Positions 1 through 9,638 of a DNA stretch of 64,000 nt are shown here, in pieces. This DNA comes from Crocinitomicaceae bacterium. Its GTDB lineage: Bacteria > Bacteroidota > Bacteroidia > Flavobacteriales_D > Sanyastnellaceae. Both the position numbers and the translations under genes were made by a program. The notes under the pieces were generated by a model. It was not told the origin of the DNA and did not search any database. It was given only the letters and a program-made list of their open reading frames with translations. The stretch covers positions 810 through 64,809 of the forward strand of contig JBEIHH010000008.1 in assembly GCA_040381475.1 (NCBI GenBank), written 5' to 3'. Numbering within the stretch: the stretch's first letter is position 1; each line of letters opens with the position of its first letter.

Positions 1-110
1 ATACCATCTTCACCAGCTCCTGCTTTGAGGTATGCTTTTCTTTTGTCTTCAAATTGAGAAAAAGAGAACAGCGGCAGAAAAGCAAGAAACAAAAAGACTA
101 AGTTCTTCAT
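1..110 (-). CDS. Partial CDS (N-terminus only): secreted protein of unknown function, translationally coupled to crtB
   Basis: Reverse complement of 1-110 reads ATG AAG AAC TTA... = MKNLVFLFLAFLPLFSFSQFEDKRKAYLKAGAGEDG, a signal-peptide-like N-terminus. Its ATG (110-108) overlaps the crtB TGA (109-107) as ATGA. It is too short in-window to appear in the ORF track. Confidence 0.45.
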   Translation of the reverse strand, partial: MKNLVFLFLAFLPLFSFSQFEDKRKAYLKAGAGEDG

Positions 111-958
111 CTCACCAAATTCAGATTGTTGCGAACATAACAACTCATCATCAGGGCAAGTTTGTTGGAATTTGCAATACGAATGCGCTCTTCCATGATG
201 CGGTGACTGGGAATAGTTTTGATTTTGGCAAACAACCTTCTGTAATAGGCATAAGCAATAAGTACTCCAAGCCGGGCGTCTTTTGGCAAAGCCAAAATTC
301 CAGCATATGCATGGTCGAATTCCTTCTCTATCTCGTCTTCAATTCGCGCCTTGTCAGCATCATTGAAGTTTTTGAAATCAAGCCCTGGGAAATATGTTCT
401 GCCCAAACCATTCACATCATCACGCAAATCGCGGAGAAAATTGATCTTCTGAAACGCTGATCCCAGACTCATAGCATTGGGTTTCAACCTTTCATAATTC
501 TCATGATTACCTTCAGTAAATACTTTAAGACACATGAGTCCTACCACTTCAGCTGATCCAAGAATGTAGGCATTATAGCCATCTCTGTCATATTCTTTCT
601 GATCGAGGTCCATTTCCATGCTGATGAGAAACCTGTCAACCAATTCCCATTCAAAGTTGAATTGATGGTAAACCATCTGAAAAGCATGAAGAACCGGATT
701 CATCGAAATCCTGCTCTCGATGGCAGCAATGGTATCTTCACGAAACCTGGACATCAATTGCCTCTTATCGTATTCATGCAATGTGTCGACTATTTCATCG
801 GCATAACGAACAAAGCCATACACACCGTAAATGGGATTGCGAAAACGCTTGTTCAACATACGTATACCCGAACTAAAGCTGGTGCTATATGCGCGCGTAG
901 CAGATTTACTGCACTGAAAGGCCACAGTATCGAAAATTTCGCGCTGGTTGTGTTTCAT
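107..958 (-). CDS. crtB: Phytoene synthase (squalene/phytoene synthase family)
   Basis: 283-aa ORF with family motifs IYGVYGFVRYADEIVDT and INFLRDLRDDVNGLGRTYFP, lying 10 nt downstream of crtI. Confidence 0.9.
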   Translation of the reverse strand: MKHNQREIFDTVAFQCSKSATRAYSTSFSSGIRMLNKRFRNPIYGVYGFVRYADEIVDTLHEYDKRQLMSRFREDTIAAIESRISMNPVLHAFQMVYHQFNFEWELVDRFLISMEMDLDQKEYDRDGYNAYILGSAEVVGLMCLKVFTEGNHENYERLKPNAMSLGSAFQKINFLRDLRDDVNGLGRTYFPGLDFKNFNDADKARIEDEIEKEFDHAYAGILALPKDARLGVLIAYAYYRRLFAKIKTIPSHRIMEERIRIANSNKLALMMSCYVRNNLNLVR

Positions 959-968
959 TGAGAAGTGG

Positions 969-2441
969 TTATTTGCGTATTAGATATTTTTCTACTTCGT
1001 CGGCGGCAATTTGACCGCTTATAATACTCGGCGGAACGCCCGGACCCGGTACAGTCAACTGTCCTGCAAAAAATAAATTTTGCACTTTCTTACTCCTCAT
1101 GCGAGGTTTCATAATAGCGGTTTGCATGAGGGTATTTGCCAATCCGTAGGCATTTCCCATGAAGGAATTGTAATCAGATTTGAATTCCTCATGAGCATAG
1201 GATCTCACGTATTCCACGTGATTCTTGACATCAACTCCCGTATGGTGTTCGATCCGGTTGAGGCACATTGTGAGGTATTTCAACCTTTCTTGCTCAGTAC
1301 TTGAAAGACCCGTTGCTACAGGTATCAGTATGAACAAATTTTCTTTTCCGTCAGGTGCAACAGTGTTGTCTGTGACAGAAGTGCTGCATACATAGAACAA
1401 GGGCTTCTCAGGCCACTCAGGTGTGTCATATATAGAGGTGGCGTGTACATCAAAACTTTCATCAAAGAAAAGATTGTGATGTAAAATATGATCTACCTTT
1501 TTATTGATTCCCAAGTAAAAAATCAATGAGGAAGGAGACATGACTCTCTTTTTCCAGTAAGATTCATTGTAAGAGCGGAAAGGGGCTTCAAGCAGTTTGG
1601 TTTCCACGTGATGGTAGTCTGCGGCAGCAACAATTGCATCAAAAACTTCAGTATTTCCATTTACGAGGACACTTTGCGCTTTATTTCCGGTGACATGAAT
1701 TTGCTTGACATCAGCAGCCGTTACGATTTTAACTCCGAGCTCTTTGGCCAGTGAAGTCATAGACTCACCAATTTTAACCATACCACCCTTGGGATACCAG
1801 GTACCCAAAACAATATCAGCATAATTCATCATGCTGTACATCGCAGGTGTTTTTTCGGGTTTGGCACCAAGAAATAGGATTGGAAACTCCAGTAACTTTA
1901 GAATCTTGGGATGTGAGAAATACTTTCTTGCGTGATCCCTGAAAGATGAAAACAACTGCAGTCTGAATGACTGAAAAAGCAATTGCGGCTCTGCAAATTC
2001 CAAAACACTCAGAGAAGGCTTCCAAACGAACTTGCTCATACTCACTTCGTATTTCACTCTTGCCTCATGCACAAACTTGTCGAGCTTCGCCCCGGAATTG
2101 GCTTCATATGATTCGATGAGATTGCGGAGTTTACCATAGTCCGCAGGAATGTCAACCGGCCCATCATCAAAAAACACCCTGTAAGACGGATCTAACCGCA
2201 CCAATTCGTAATAATCAGATACTTTTTTGCCAAATCGGGAGAAAAAAGCCTCGAATACATCCGGCATCCAATACCAAGATGGTCCCATATCAAAGGAATA
2301 TCCATTGATTTCAAATGCTCTGCCACGACCACCGGTTAGCTCATTTTTTTCAAACAAAACAACATCGAAACCTTTGTGCGCCAAACTGCATGCAGATGAT
2401 AAACCTGCAAAACCTCCTCCTATAACTGCTATACTCTTCAA
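969..2441 (-). CDS. crtI: Phytoene desaturase (CrtI type, FAD-dependent)
   Basis: 490 aa with N-terminal Rossmann motif IAVIGGGFAGL plus FDMGPSWYWMPDVFE. The start codon is TTG (rc of 2439-2441), forced by the GxGxxG position at residues 8-13. Confidence 0.9.
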   Translation of the reverse strand: MKSIAVIGGGFAGLSSACSLAHKGFDVVLFEKNELTGGRGRAFEINGYSFDMGPSWYWMPDVFEAFFSRFGKKVSDYYELVRLDPSYRVFFDDGPVDIPADYGKLRNLIESYEANSGAKLDKFVHEARVKYEVSMSKFVWKPSLSVLEFAEPQLLFQSFRLQLFSSFRDHARKYFSHPKILKLLEFPILFLGAKPEKTPAMYSMMNYADIVLGTWYPKGGMVKIGESMTSLAKELGVKIVTAADVKQIHVTGNKAQSVLVNGNTEVFDAIVAAADYHHVETKLLEAPFRSYNESYWKKRVMSPSSLIFYLGINKKVDHILHHNLFFDESFDVHATSIYDTPEWPEKPLFYVCSTSVTDNTVAPDGKENLFILIPVATGLSSTEQERLKYLTMCLNRIEHHTGVDVKNHVEYVRSYAHEEFKSDYNSFMGNAYGLANTLMQTAIMKPRMRSKKVQNLFFAGQLTVPGPGVPPSIISGQIAADEVEKYLIRK

Positions 2442-2803
2442 ATCAACTGAGTGGCAATTTCAATTCTATTCCTATGAATAATAAACAAAGAATCCCGCTA
2501 AATGTTCATTGTTTGCGAAAGCCACGCTTTCCAATGAACCCTCTCAAAAAACTTTGATGAACACCGAATAAGGAGATTAGCTTATCAAAAGCAACGAATA
2601 CTGACAACCCTGGCATCAGTGTCGTGTGTAATTTCCTTTTTCAGATTTCAATCATTCTGCAACATCAGTCATCGAGGAGATTCAAATGAACATGCAAAGT
2701 ACACTGATTTCTAAAGAAAATGAAGTGATGAGGTAAACAATTTATCACCAAAACATAAGGTGATTATTGAAGTTTAATCGAATACTGGATTTGATTAACT
2801 ATC

Positions 2804-3772
2804 TCAGTAACGCAATTTCTGACCGGGACGCAAAACAGAGGTCTGCTTAATTTTATTCAATTTGCAAATTGCGGTTACCGATGTTTTGTGTTTTCTGGCA
2901 ATGCCTGAGAGCGTTTCGCCTTTCTTGACCACGTGATACTTTTTACCAATTTTGCGGGCCTCGATTGCCTTTGGATCTATGCTTTTGTATTCGAAATGCT
3001 TCTTGTTAAGAACAAACTCCCAATCCCTTAAGGATCTGTTTGCGGGATCGATGATCAGATTCGGGTCAATTGCATCACCCATGTATCTGACTTCGAAATG
3101 AAGGTGTGAACCATAAGAACGGCCTGTATTTCCACCAAGCCCCAATACATCGCCGGCCTCAACGTGATCACCCGGCTTAACCTTTCTTTGAGACAGGTGC
3201 GCATACAAGGTCTCAAGACCGTTGTTATGTCGAACGACTACCACATTTCCATATGAACTGTGATACTGCGAAATACGCACCATACCTTCGAACGCGGCAT
3301 GCACATTGTCACCGGTTTCAAGATCAAGATCAAGACCGCTATGCATCCTACCCCAGCGTGGTCCAAATGGTGAGGTGAGATTTCCATTTGTAGGAAAAAC
3401 GAAATCACATTCGGAACGACAAAGCTGGAAATGCATTCCTTTACCCAAATTCTCCTGAGCTGACTTTTCCGCGAAAAGCGTTCTAGTATCCCAGCCGCAA
3501 TAAAGATCATACGCCGGAATGTGCGTGAGCGAGTCTCTTAGATTGTTGAGGACAAGTTCAACTCCTTTCTCATTGAAAAGCGGTACGTCATTGACTTCTT
3601 CTTCATTGGCGCCACCGACCTGAGACTGAAATAACTCCGTTGATTCAAAATCAGCAGAATCATCTTCCGTATTTTCAACCTGAGTTGAAGCGAATAACGG
3701 AACAAACAGCAGCAAAGCTGTGAGATATTTCCAGTGCAGGTTTTCCAAACCGCGACAAAAGTAATAATTCAT
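2804..3772 (-). CDS. M23 family metallopeptidase with C-terminal LysM domain (secreted)
   Basis: M23 motifs RMHSGLDLDLETGDNV and SYGSHLHFEVRYMG, with C-terminal LysM YHVVKKGETLSGIARKH...LRPGQKL. The ORF extends to a TTG at 3799, but the ATG at 3772 (MNYYF...KYLTALLLFVPLFAS signal) is preferred. Confidence 0.8.
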   Translation of the reverse strand: MNYYFCRGLENLHWKYLTALLLFVPLFASTQVENTEDDSADFESTELFQSQVGGANEEEVNDVPLFNEKGVELVLNNLRDSLTHIPAYDLYCGWDTRTLFAEKSAQENLGKGMHFQLCRSECDFVFPTNGNLTSPFGPRWGRMHSGLDLDLETGDNVHAAFEGMVRISQYHSSYGNVVVVRHNNGLETLYAHLSQRKVKPGDHVEAGDVLGLGGNTGRSYGSHLHFEVRYMGDAIDPNLIIDPANRSLRDWEFVLNKKHFEYKSIDPKAIEARKIGKKYHVVKKGETLSGIARKHKTSVTAICKLNKIKQTSVLRPGQKLRY

Positions 3773-3944
3773 AAATGTGGTTGCGTTTGGTTCATTCAAA
3801 ATGTTGTCAATGAAACGTTAATAACTCTATCCGAGTTCCGTTTACACGACCAACAGGATTAAGAACACGACGAAAAACAGTATTGAATCAATTAAAAACC
3901 TAATCTCTTGATCTCAATCAGTTAAAATCAGTTCAAGTGGTATC

Positions 3945-3952
3945 TAATTTCG
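3945..3952 (+). promoter_or_regulatory. Putative Bacteroidota sigma-A -7 box (TAATTTCG), 7 nt before the bshB1 ATG
   Basis: Matches TAnnTT(T/C)G. Located in the divergent intergenic region 3773-3959. Confidence 0.4.
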
Positions 3953-3959
3953 CGTTTCC

Positions 3960-4685
3960 ATGAAGAAGAAACTTGATATCCTCGTATTCGCTGCTCATCC
4001 GGATGATGCTGAAATCAGCGTTGGAGGGACTATTGCAAAAGCTGTTCGACAAGGTTATCAGGTAGGCATTGCGGATCTGACGGCGGGTGAATTGGGAAGC
4101 AGAGGCAGTGCCGAACTGCGGTCAAAGGAATCAGCAGCGGCTTCGAGCGTTCTAGGCATTCATGCCCGCGTGAATCTTGGGCTCGCAGATGGGTTCTTTG
4201 AACAAAATGAGGACACTTTGCGTCTTGTGATTCAAACAATAAGGGATTTCAAACCGGAAATTATTCTCTGCAATGCACCGTCAGACAGGCATCCGGATCA
4301 TGGCAAGGCAAGTAAACTTATTCGCGATGCATCATTTTATTCTGGTCTGAGAAAAATCGAAACTTCAGATGAGGAGGGATCATCGCAAGAACACTGGCGT
4401 CCGGTAGCGGTTTATCAATACATTCAGGATTATTATTTGCAACCTGATTTCGTTCTGGACATCACAGAATTCTGGCAACAAAAATTGGCCGCACTTGCCT
4501 GTTATTCAAGTCAGTTCTTCGATCCGAAATCAACCGAACCAACTACACCAATCTCTGGTCAGGAGTTCTTCGATTTTTTGAGAGGCCGCGCTATTCAGTC
4601 AGGTCGTCCTGCAGGTTTTCAATATGGAGAAGGATTTATTTCAGACCGCACGCCAGGTGTTTCAGATCTCTTCCATCTGAAATAG
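3960..4685 (+). CDS. bshB1: Bacillithiol biosynthesis deacetylase BshB1 (PIG-L/LmbE family)
   Basis: LDILVFAAHPDDAEISVGGTIAK...IADLTAGELGSRGS...HPDHG, closely resembling the BshB1 N-terminal signature. Confidence 0.8.
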   Translation: MKKKLDILVFAAHPDDAEISVGGTIAKAVRQGYQVGIADLTAGELGSRGSAELRSKESAAASSVLGIHARVNLGLADGFFEQNEDTLRLVIQTIRDFKPEIILCNAPSDRHPDHGKASKLIRDASFYSGLRKIETSDEEGSSQEHWRPVAVYQYIQDYYLQPDFVLDITEFWQQKLAALACYSSQFFDPKSTEPTTPISGQEFFDFLRGRAIQSGRPAGFQYGEGFISDRTPGVSDLFHLK

Positions 4686-4695
4686 TTAATCTTTT

Positions 4696-6216
4696 TTAGT
4701 CCTTCCAGGTTTTCGGTCCTGTTCCATTCTGCTTCATGGTCAGCATGATTTTTTCAAAATCAGTTTGAATTCCCTCTGTTGGCTTTCTTGTATGCGCATA
4801 AACAGTCCTTCCTTCTTCGCTGAGCAAGACAGCTTCCGGAATAGAAAAAACCATGACCTTTTCAGCTATCAGCGGATCAGCATTGCCAAAAAGAATTTCA
4901 AAACTGAAATCGCGGTTCTTAGAAATAAATTCCTTGTAGTCGGTATAATCATCATCCATACAAACCGCAACAAATTCAATAAACTTCCCATACTTCTCAT
5001 GCCATTTCTGCATTACCTGCATTTCCTTTAATGATGTCGGACTCCATGTTGCGAAAAATAATAAGTATACAGAATGACCATGGTGCTCTTCCAGAATCCA
5101 TTTGTCCATTTTTGCATCGAGGCAGGTGAAATTCTCCATCTGAAAATCTTCTCTCCTTTTCTGAAGTTGCGTAACGGTGTTTTTCGCTATCCGCATGATC
5201 TCGTCATTGCTCGTAACAAGCCCTTGAATAGTCTTTTCAATAGATCTGCGAGCGTATGTTTTATCATTATAAAGATCCTTGAGTCCATTTATCAACGCAA
5301 GGTTCCGAACATCAGAAGACAAACAGGTTGAATCATTTTCGTACAATTTGAGAATCTCTGCCGGACTCTTGTTGATATTGATAGCCTTTATAATTGCGTT
5401 CTGCTTCTCTGTAGAATTTCTGGTAAGAAAACCACTGTAAAACATTTTGAAGCAATTGACAAATGCAGGGTTGTTTAGCGCCAATATTCTCGACATGAAG
5501 TAATCCCTATAAAAGTTTTCTCTTTTCATTCCGGCCAGAAAATCGATTTCGGCGATTGAATAATTCAAATAGTCATTGAAGAACGCTGAACCCTGATCAG
5601 AATATTTCTGCTTAGTTTCCTTCTTGAACTGAAGAACATACTTATTGAATTCGGGTTGAACCCTGGCAATTGTAGAGTCCTTCGCTTCAGAAGGTTTATA
5701 GAGGTCCACCTTGGTTTTTGAATCTCCCCGGGTTTTAAGCCAGGTATCAGCATGTTTATACTCACCGGAAGCAAAATCGTAATAATGCTCAGCTATGAAA
5801 TCGGAATAATCTGCATTGAAATTTCTGATGAGCTGATTCAGGTCATTTGCCGGTAAATTGACAAACTCAAGCTCTACTTCAGTCCGGTCGAATCGTTTGA
5901 TGTTTGCACTCGCATCAGATGGAAATATTACATCATACCTATGGCCCGGTTCAGCATACATAACGGCCTCCACTCTATTCACTTTGAGAAAAATCCTGCG
6001 AGTTTCTTTAAGGTCGAAAGAAAGAGTAAAAGAACCCTTTTCACTGATTTCAATGCTGGCCAGAAGTATGCGTTTGCCTGAAAATTCGTCTTCATTCGTG
6101 ACGGCTGCCATCATCTTACCTGCGTAATCTATAGATTCACCACTTATGACCACAGTTTCAGCGCCGGCACTGAGCGCCATAAACAAACCAAGACAAATTG
6201 AAATCAAACTACGCAT
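4696..6216 (-). CDS. Secreted protein with C-terminal TlpA/AhpC-like thioredoxin fold lacking the CxxC cysteines
   Basis: C-terminal VYLLFFATWSPTSLKEM...FVAVCMDDD...VFSIPEAVLLSEEGR is a TlpA-like fold with WSPTS in place of WCxxC. Start preferred at MRSLISICLGLFMALSAGA (6216); the ORF track start is 6255. Confidence 0.7.
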   Translation of the reverse strand: MRSLISICLGLFMALSAGAETVVISGESIDYAGKMMAAVTNEDEFSGKRILLASIEISEKGSFTLSFDLKETRRIFLKVNRVEAVMYAEPGHRYDVIFPSDASANIKRFDRTEVELEFVNLPANDLNQLIRNFNADYSDFIAEHYYDFASGEYKHADTWLKTRGDSKTKVDLYKPSEAKDSTIARVQPEFNKYVLQFKKETKQKYSDQGSAFFNDYLNYSIAEIDFLAGMKRENFYRDYFMSRILALNNPAFVNCFKMFYSGFLTRNSTEKQNAIIKAININKSPAEILKLYENDSTCLSSDVRNLALINGLKDLYNDKTYARRSIEKTIQGLVTSNDEIMRIAKNTVTQLQKRREDFQMENFTCLDAKMDKWILEEHHGHSVYLLFFATWSPTSLKEMQVMQKWHEKYGKFIEFVAVCMDDDYTDYKEFISKNRDFSFEILFGNADPLIAEKVMVFSIPEAVLLSEEGRTVYAHTRKPTEGIQTDFEKIMLTMKQNGTGPKTWKD

Positions 6217-6673
6217 ACAAGTCAACCTTTGAGGGTATAAACTGAGACACATCACCTTTATTTTTTACAATCTCGCGGATAATCGTGCTATGAACAGACG
6301 CAAACTCGGGGTCAGTGAAAACCAATATGGTTTCAAGATCCGTCCACATGGCTTTATTCATGTGTGCAATGGTCCGCTCATATTCGAAATCACCGCCGTT
6401 GCGTAATCCCCTGAGCAAATACTTTGCCTCATTTTTTCTGCAGAAGTCAACAGTCAAACCTTCGTATACATCAATACGGACATTGGGCAGATCGCTGAAT
6501 GTTGATATGAGCCAGCTTTTCCTTTTTTCTAGATCAAACATGGCCGCCTTGGTTGTATTTACACCTATAGCGACTATGATCTCATCAAATAAACCCGCAG
6601 CTCTGCGCACAATATTCTCGTGACCGAGAGTCACCGGATCGAACGAACCAGGGAAAACAGCAATTTTTTTCAT
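6209..6673 (-). CDS. coaD: Phosphopantetheine adenylyltransferase
   Basis: MKKIAVFPGSFDPVTLGHENIVRRA is the classic CoaD N-terminus (T/HxGH). The ATG at 6673 is preferred over the ORF-track start at 6751. Confidence 0.9.
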   Translation of the reverse strand: MKKIAVFPGSFDPVTLGHENIVRRAAGLFDEIIVAIGVNTTKAAMFDLEKRKSWLISTFSDLPNVRIDVYEGLTVDFCRKNEAKYLLRGLRNGGDFEYERTIAHMNKAMWTDLETILVFTDPEFASVHSTIIREIVKNKGDVSQFIPSKVDLYA

Positions 6674-6678
6674 GAATA

Positions 6679-6686
6679 CAAACGTA
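6679..6686 (-). promoter_or_regulatory. Putative -7 box (TACGTTTG on the minus strand), 5 nt before the coaD ATG
   Basis: Plus strand caaacgta = rc TACGTTTG, a perfect TAnnTTTG match. This also supports the 6673 start for coaD. Confidence 0.45.
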
Positions 6687-6778
6687 CTAAGAACAATGAC
6701 TGCAATATACCGATCAATTGAGTTGAGATACCTGTTACGAGAATGGGGCATTCAATTGAACCCGGCAACAATATTCAA

Positions 6779-7330
6779 TTACGATTGATCGACTTCGGTA
6801 TTTCCGAAAAAACTAAACCATACATTGCTGAACTGCCTTGACTGAACAAAATAAGGATGAGATTTAAAATCGATATTTTTACCATGCTCCACTATCAAGA
6901 GACCTCCCTGCTTCAGCACCCCTGATTGGAGAATTGCTTCCGGAAGTGCGCCCAATTGTTTCAAATCATAAGGAGGATCGGCGAAGACGAGATCAAATGA
7001 ACCATCCGGTTTGGCAAGATAACGAAACACATCCACGCGCATAGCTTCACCATTTTCCAATCCGAAAAGGTCAAAATTCTGTTGAATAAATTTAACGTGT
7101 AATGGCTGTTGTTCAATTGCAAGAACTGATTCAGCACCTCTCGAAAGACACTCCAGTCCGAAGGCTCCAGTTCCGGCGAACAGATCCAACACATGAAGAC
7201 CATTCATTTCAACCATATGACTTAGCATATTGAAAAGTCCTTCACGCGCGAAATCAGTAGTAGGTCTTCCCCGAAAATTTTTGGGAACGTCGATTAACCT
7301 TCCTTTGAGACTTCCGGAAATTATGCGCAT
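6779..7330 (-). CDS. rsmD: 16S rRNA (guanine966-N2)-methyltransferase RsmD
   Basis: MRIISGSLKGRLIDVP...RPTTDFAREGLFNML...LDLFAGTGAFGLE...FADPPY. Confidence 0.85.
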   Translation of the reverse strand: MRIISGSLKGRLIDVPKNFRGRPTTDFAREGLFNMLSHMVEMNGLHVLDLFAGTGAFGLECLSRGAESVLAIEQQPLHVKFIQQNFDLFGLENGEAMRVDVFRYLAKPDGSFDLVFADPPYDLKQLGALPEAILQSGVLKQGGLLIVEHGKNIDFKSHPYFVQSRQFSNVWFSFFGNTEVDQS

Positions 7331-8139
7331 ATACTGTGTAACATTGACAGATACGAAAAATGATCAGATGACTCATTCATAAATAAATGAACTGTCCGCC
7401 TGTTATAGTGCCTCAGCAAATTAACAAGCGATTCTGACCTCCAAGTCGAAGCAACTTTTAAAGACGCATTCTCAAAGTCAATACCCAAACGCAACGCCGC
7501 ATTGGATGCATGATAAAGTACATCCTCAGCTCCAATCACGTGATAGGTATTCACTAAATGGAGCTTATTGTTGCGAAATACTGTAAGCACCATCTGAGAT
7601 GTACTCACATAGATACCCAGCACATCTTCATCGATTTGAGTTGTGGACTGAGCATGTCGCATGGCCAAAGCACTCAGGGGATATAATCTGGCATTGGGAA
7701 ATTTCTTACATATCTCGCTTGTCCAATCAGGTAAACCAAAAATAAGCACGGCAGCCAATTCAGGAAATTCAATGTAATCTGCTGCGGCAGGAGCAACATC
7801 GCATTGAAAAGCGAGCAATTCTCCGGCCCTTTGAGGTTCAAAAAAAGCTCTTGGAACAACGCAGATTTCTGAAGTTTCAAAACTGACAGAACATTTACGG
7901 AATACATGTTCACCCCAGTTTCGCTCTGCCACAAACTGAACGGCATGTTTCAGGGACTTATAATCGTACTCCAGGGGAAAAATACCTGACCAATGAAATT
8001 CGCCTCCGGAAGCCTCAGAAAGAGCCGCCTCAACGCGGTCATCAGCTATATGCAGCGAAAAGTGCAGCGCTGAAGCCTGACTAATCAGATCCTTGGGAAT
8101 CAAGGCGCGTGCAGATATTTCAGGATTAAACGCTGACAT
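7321..8139 (-). CDS. Hypothetical protein (DUF3822-like by position upstream of rsmD/coaD)
   Basis: 272-aa ORF overlapping the rsmD start by 10 nt. No motif recognised; the family assignment is from remembered synteny only. Confidence 0.5.
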   Translation of the reverse strand: MSAFNPEISARALIPKDLISQASALHFSLHIADDRVEAALSEASGGEFHWSGIFPLEYDYKSLKHAVQFVAERNWGEHVFRKCSVSFETSEICVVPRAFFEPQRAGELLAFQCDVAPAAADYIEFPELAAVLIFGLPDWTSEICKKFPNARLYPLSALAMRHAQSTTQIDEDVLGIYVSTSQMVLTVFRNNKLHLVNTYHVIGAEDVLYHASNAALRLGIDFENASLKVASTWRSESLVNLLRHYNRRTVHLFMNESSDHFSYLSMLHSICA

Positions 8140-8146
8140 CAGGTTG

Positions 8147-8154
8147 CGAAACTA
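8147..8154 (-). promoter_or_regulatory. Putative -7 box (TAGTTTCG on the minus strand), 7 nt before the ATG at 8139
   Basis: Plus strand cgaaacta = rc TAGTTTCG. Located in the divergent region 8140-8207. Confidence 0.4.
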
Positions 8155-8207
8155 AGCATGAGTATTCCTGCGGACATAGCCAATGTGTCATTTTCTTTGC
8201 TGCAACA

Positions 8208-9638
8208 ATGTACAACACCAGTCCGGCCAGTTTTGAGCAGAAGTTACATGAGCAATTCCGAATGCTGCCTACAGCCGGACAGGAGCGTCTTTTCTACGCT
8301 TTTACACGTTTTGTGTTCTCCGAAAAAAACAGAGTAGCCCTATTGGTTAAAGGATATGCAGGTACCGGTAAAACCTCTTCCATCAGCGCAATGGTAAAAA
8401 CACTTGAATCCTGTGGCATTCAGGTCCAACTTCTCGCCCCAACCGGAAGAGCGGCCCGGGTTCTGGCCAATTACAGCGGCAGGCAGGCATGGACAATTCA
8501 CCGGCACATCTATATGAGGCGAATGGACCGTCACGGCGGAGGCTGGTTTGAACTGAAAGGAAATGAATTACAAAACACCATTTTCATCGTCGATGAGGCA
8601 TCGATGATCGGCACTGGTGATCAGGGTGATTTTGCACAGGGCGATCTGCTGGAAGACCTTATCACACACGTTTATAGTGGTGAAGGTTGCAGATTGGTTA
8701 TTGTAGGCGACAGCGCACAGCTTCCGCCGGTTGGCAGCGCAAATAGTCCTGCTCTGGATCTTGCCGGTTTACGCGGCAACTATTCCCTCAACATCGCTGA
8801 GATTGAACTTGATGAAGTTATTCGTCAACAGGAAGGTTCCGGTATTCTGGAAAATGCAACAAGCATCAGAAAACAGATAACTGAAGGAAAAAATGACCTC
8901 CCTGTTTTTAAAACTGATGGATTCAATGACGTTATCAGGGTTGAAAGCGACCTTCAGGATTACTTTGAAGATGCCTACCGAAGGCACGGAAAAGATGATA
9001 TGATCATCATTACAAGGAGTAATAAGCGGGCCAATCTCTTTAATCAGCAGGTCAGAGCACGAATCCTATGGCACGAAGAAGAAATCAATGCAGGAGACCG
9101 CATGATGGTTCTTCGCAACAATTATTTCTGGCTGAACGAGCCGGGGAATACTGCCGGTTTTATAGCGAATGGCGATGTTTTGCAGATACAACGAATCCTG
9201 AGGTTTGAAGATCGTGAACAGTTTCGATTCTGTAAAGCCATTGTTTCTCTTGTCGACTATCCTGATCTGCCGGAGTTCGAAACCATTTTGCTTTGCAACT
9301 CGATCTGGGAAGAAAGCGCATCTGTTAGTTACGACAAAATCAAGGAGCTGGGCAACCTCATTGCATTGGACTATCCTGATATAACCGAAATGAGAGCCTT
9401 AAGAAAAAAAGTAATGGCGGATCCCTACTTCAATGCTTTACAGGTGAAATTTGCATATGCAGTTACATGCCACAAAGCTCAGGGTGGACAATGGCCATGT
9501 GTCTTTGTTGATCAGGGATATCTTACTGATGAAATGGCGGGTATAGAGTTGAACAGATGGTTTTATACTGCCATTACAAGGTCGCAGGAAGAATTGTATC
9601 TGGTAGGATTCGAAGATAAATTATTTGCACCGATATGA
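8208..9638 (+). CDS. SF1 RecD-like ATP-dependent DNA helicase
   Basis: Walker A GYAGTGKTSS, Walker B IFIVDEASMIG and C-terminal YAVTCHKAQGGQWPCVFV (UvrD_C_2-like). Confidence 0.8.
   Translation: MYNTSPASFEQKLHEQFRMLPTAGQERLFYAFTRFVFSEKNRVALLVKGYAGTGKTSSISAMVKTLESCGIQVQLLAPTGRAARVLANYSGRQAWTIHRHIYMRRMDRHGGGWFELKGNELQNTIFIVDEASMIGTGDQGDFAQGDLLEDLITHVYSGEGCRLVIVGDSAQLPPVGSANSPALDLAGLRGNYSLNIAEIELDEVIRQQEGSGILENATSIRKQITEGKNDLPVFKTDGFNDVIRVESDLQDYFEDAYRRHGKDDMIIITRSNKRANLFNQQVRARILWHEEEINAGDRMMVLRNNYFWLNEPGNTAGFIANGDVLQIQRILRFEDREQFRFCKAIVSLVDYPDLPEFETILLCNSIWEESASVSYDKIKELGNLIALDYPDITEMRALRKKVMADPYFNALQVKFAYAVTCHKAQGGQWPCVFVDQGYLTDEMAGIELNRWFYTAITRSQEELYLVGFEDKLFAPI

Noticed and set aside
32-961. 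Plus-strand ORFs 32-460 and 662-961.
   Set aside because: They are antisense to the well-supported crtB and have no recognisable motifs.
2686-2736. A 16-codon ORF (MNMQSTLISKENEVMR) preceded by AGGAG in the crtI upstream gap.
   Set aside because: It is on the opposite strand from both flanking genes, so it cannot be a leader peptide for them. It is very short, and Shine-Dalgarno use is rare in Bacteroidota.
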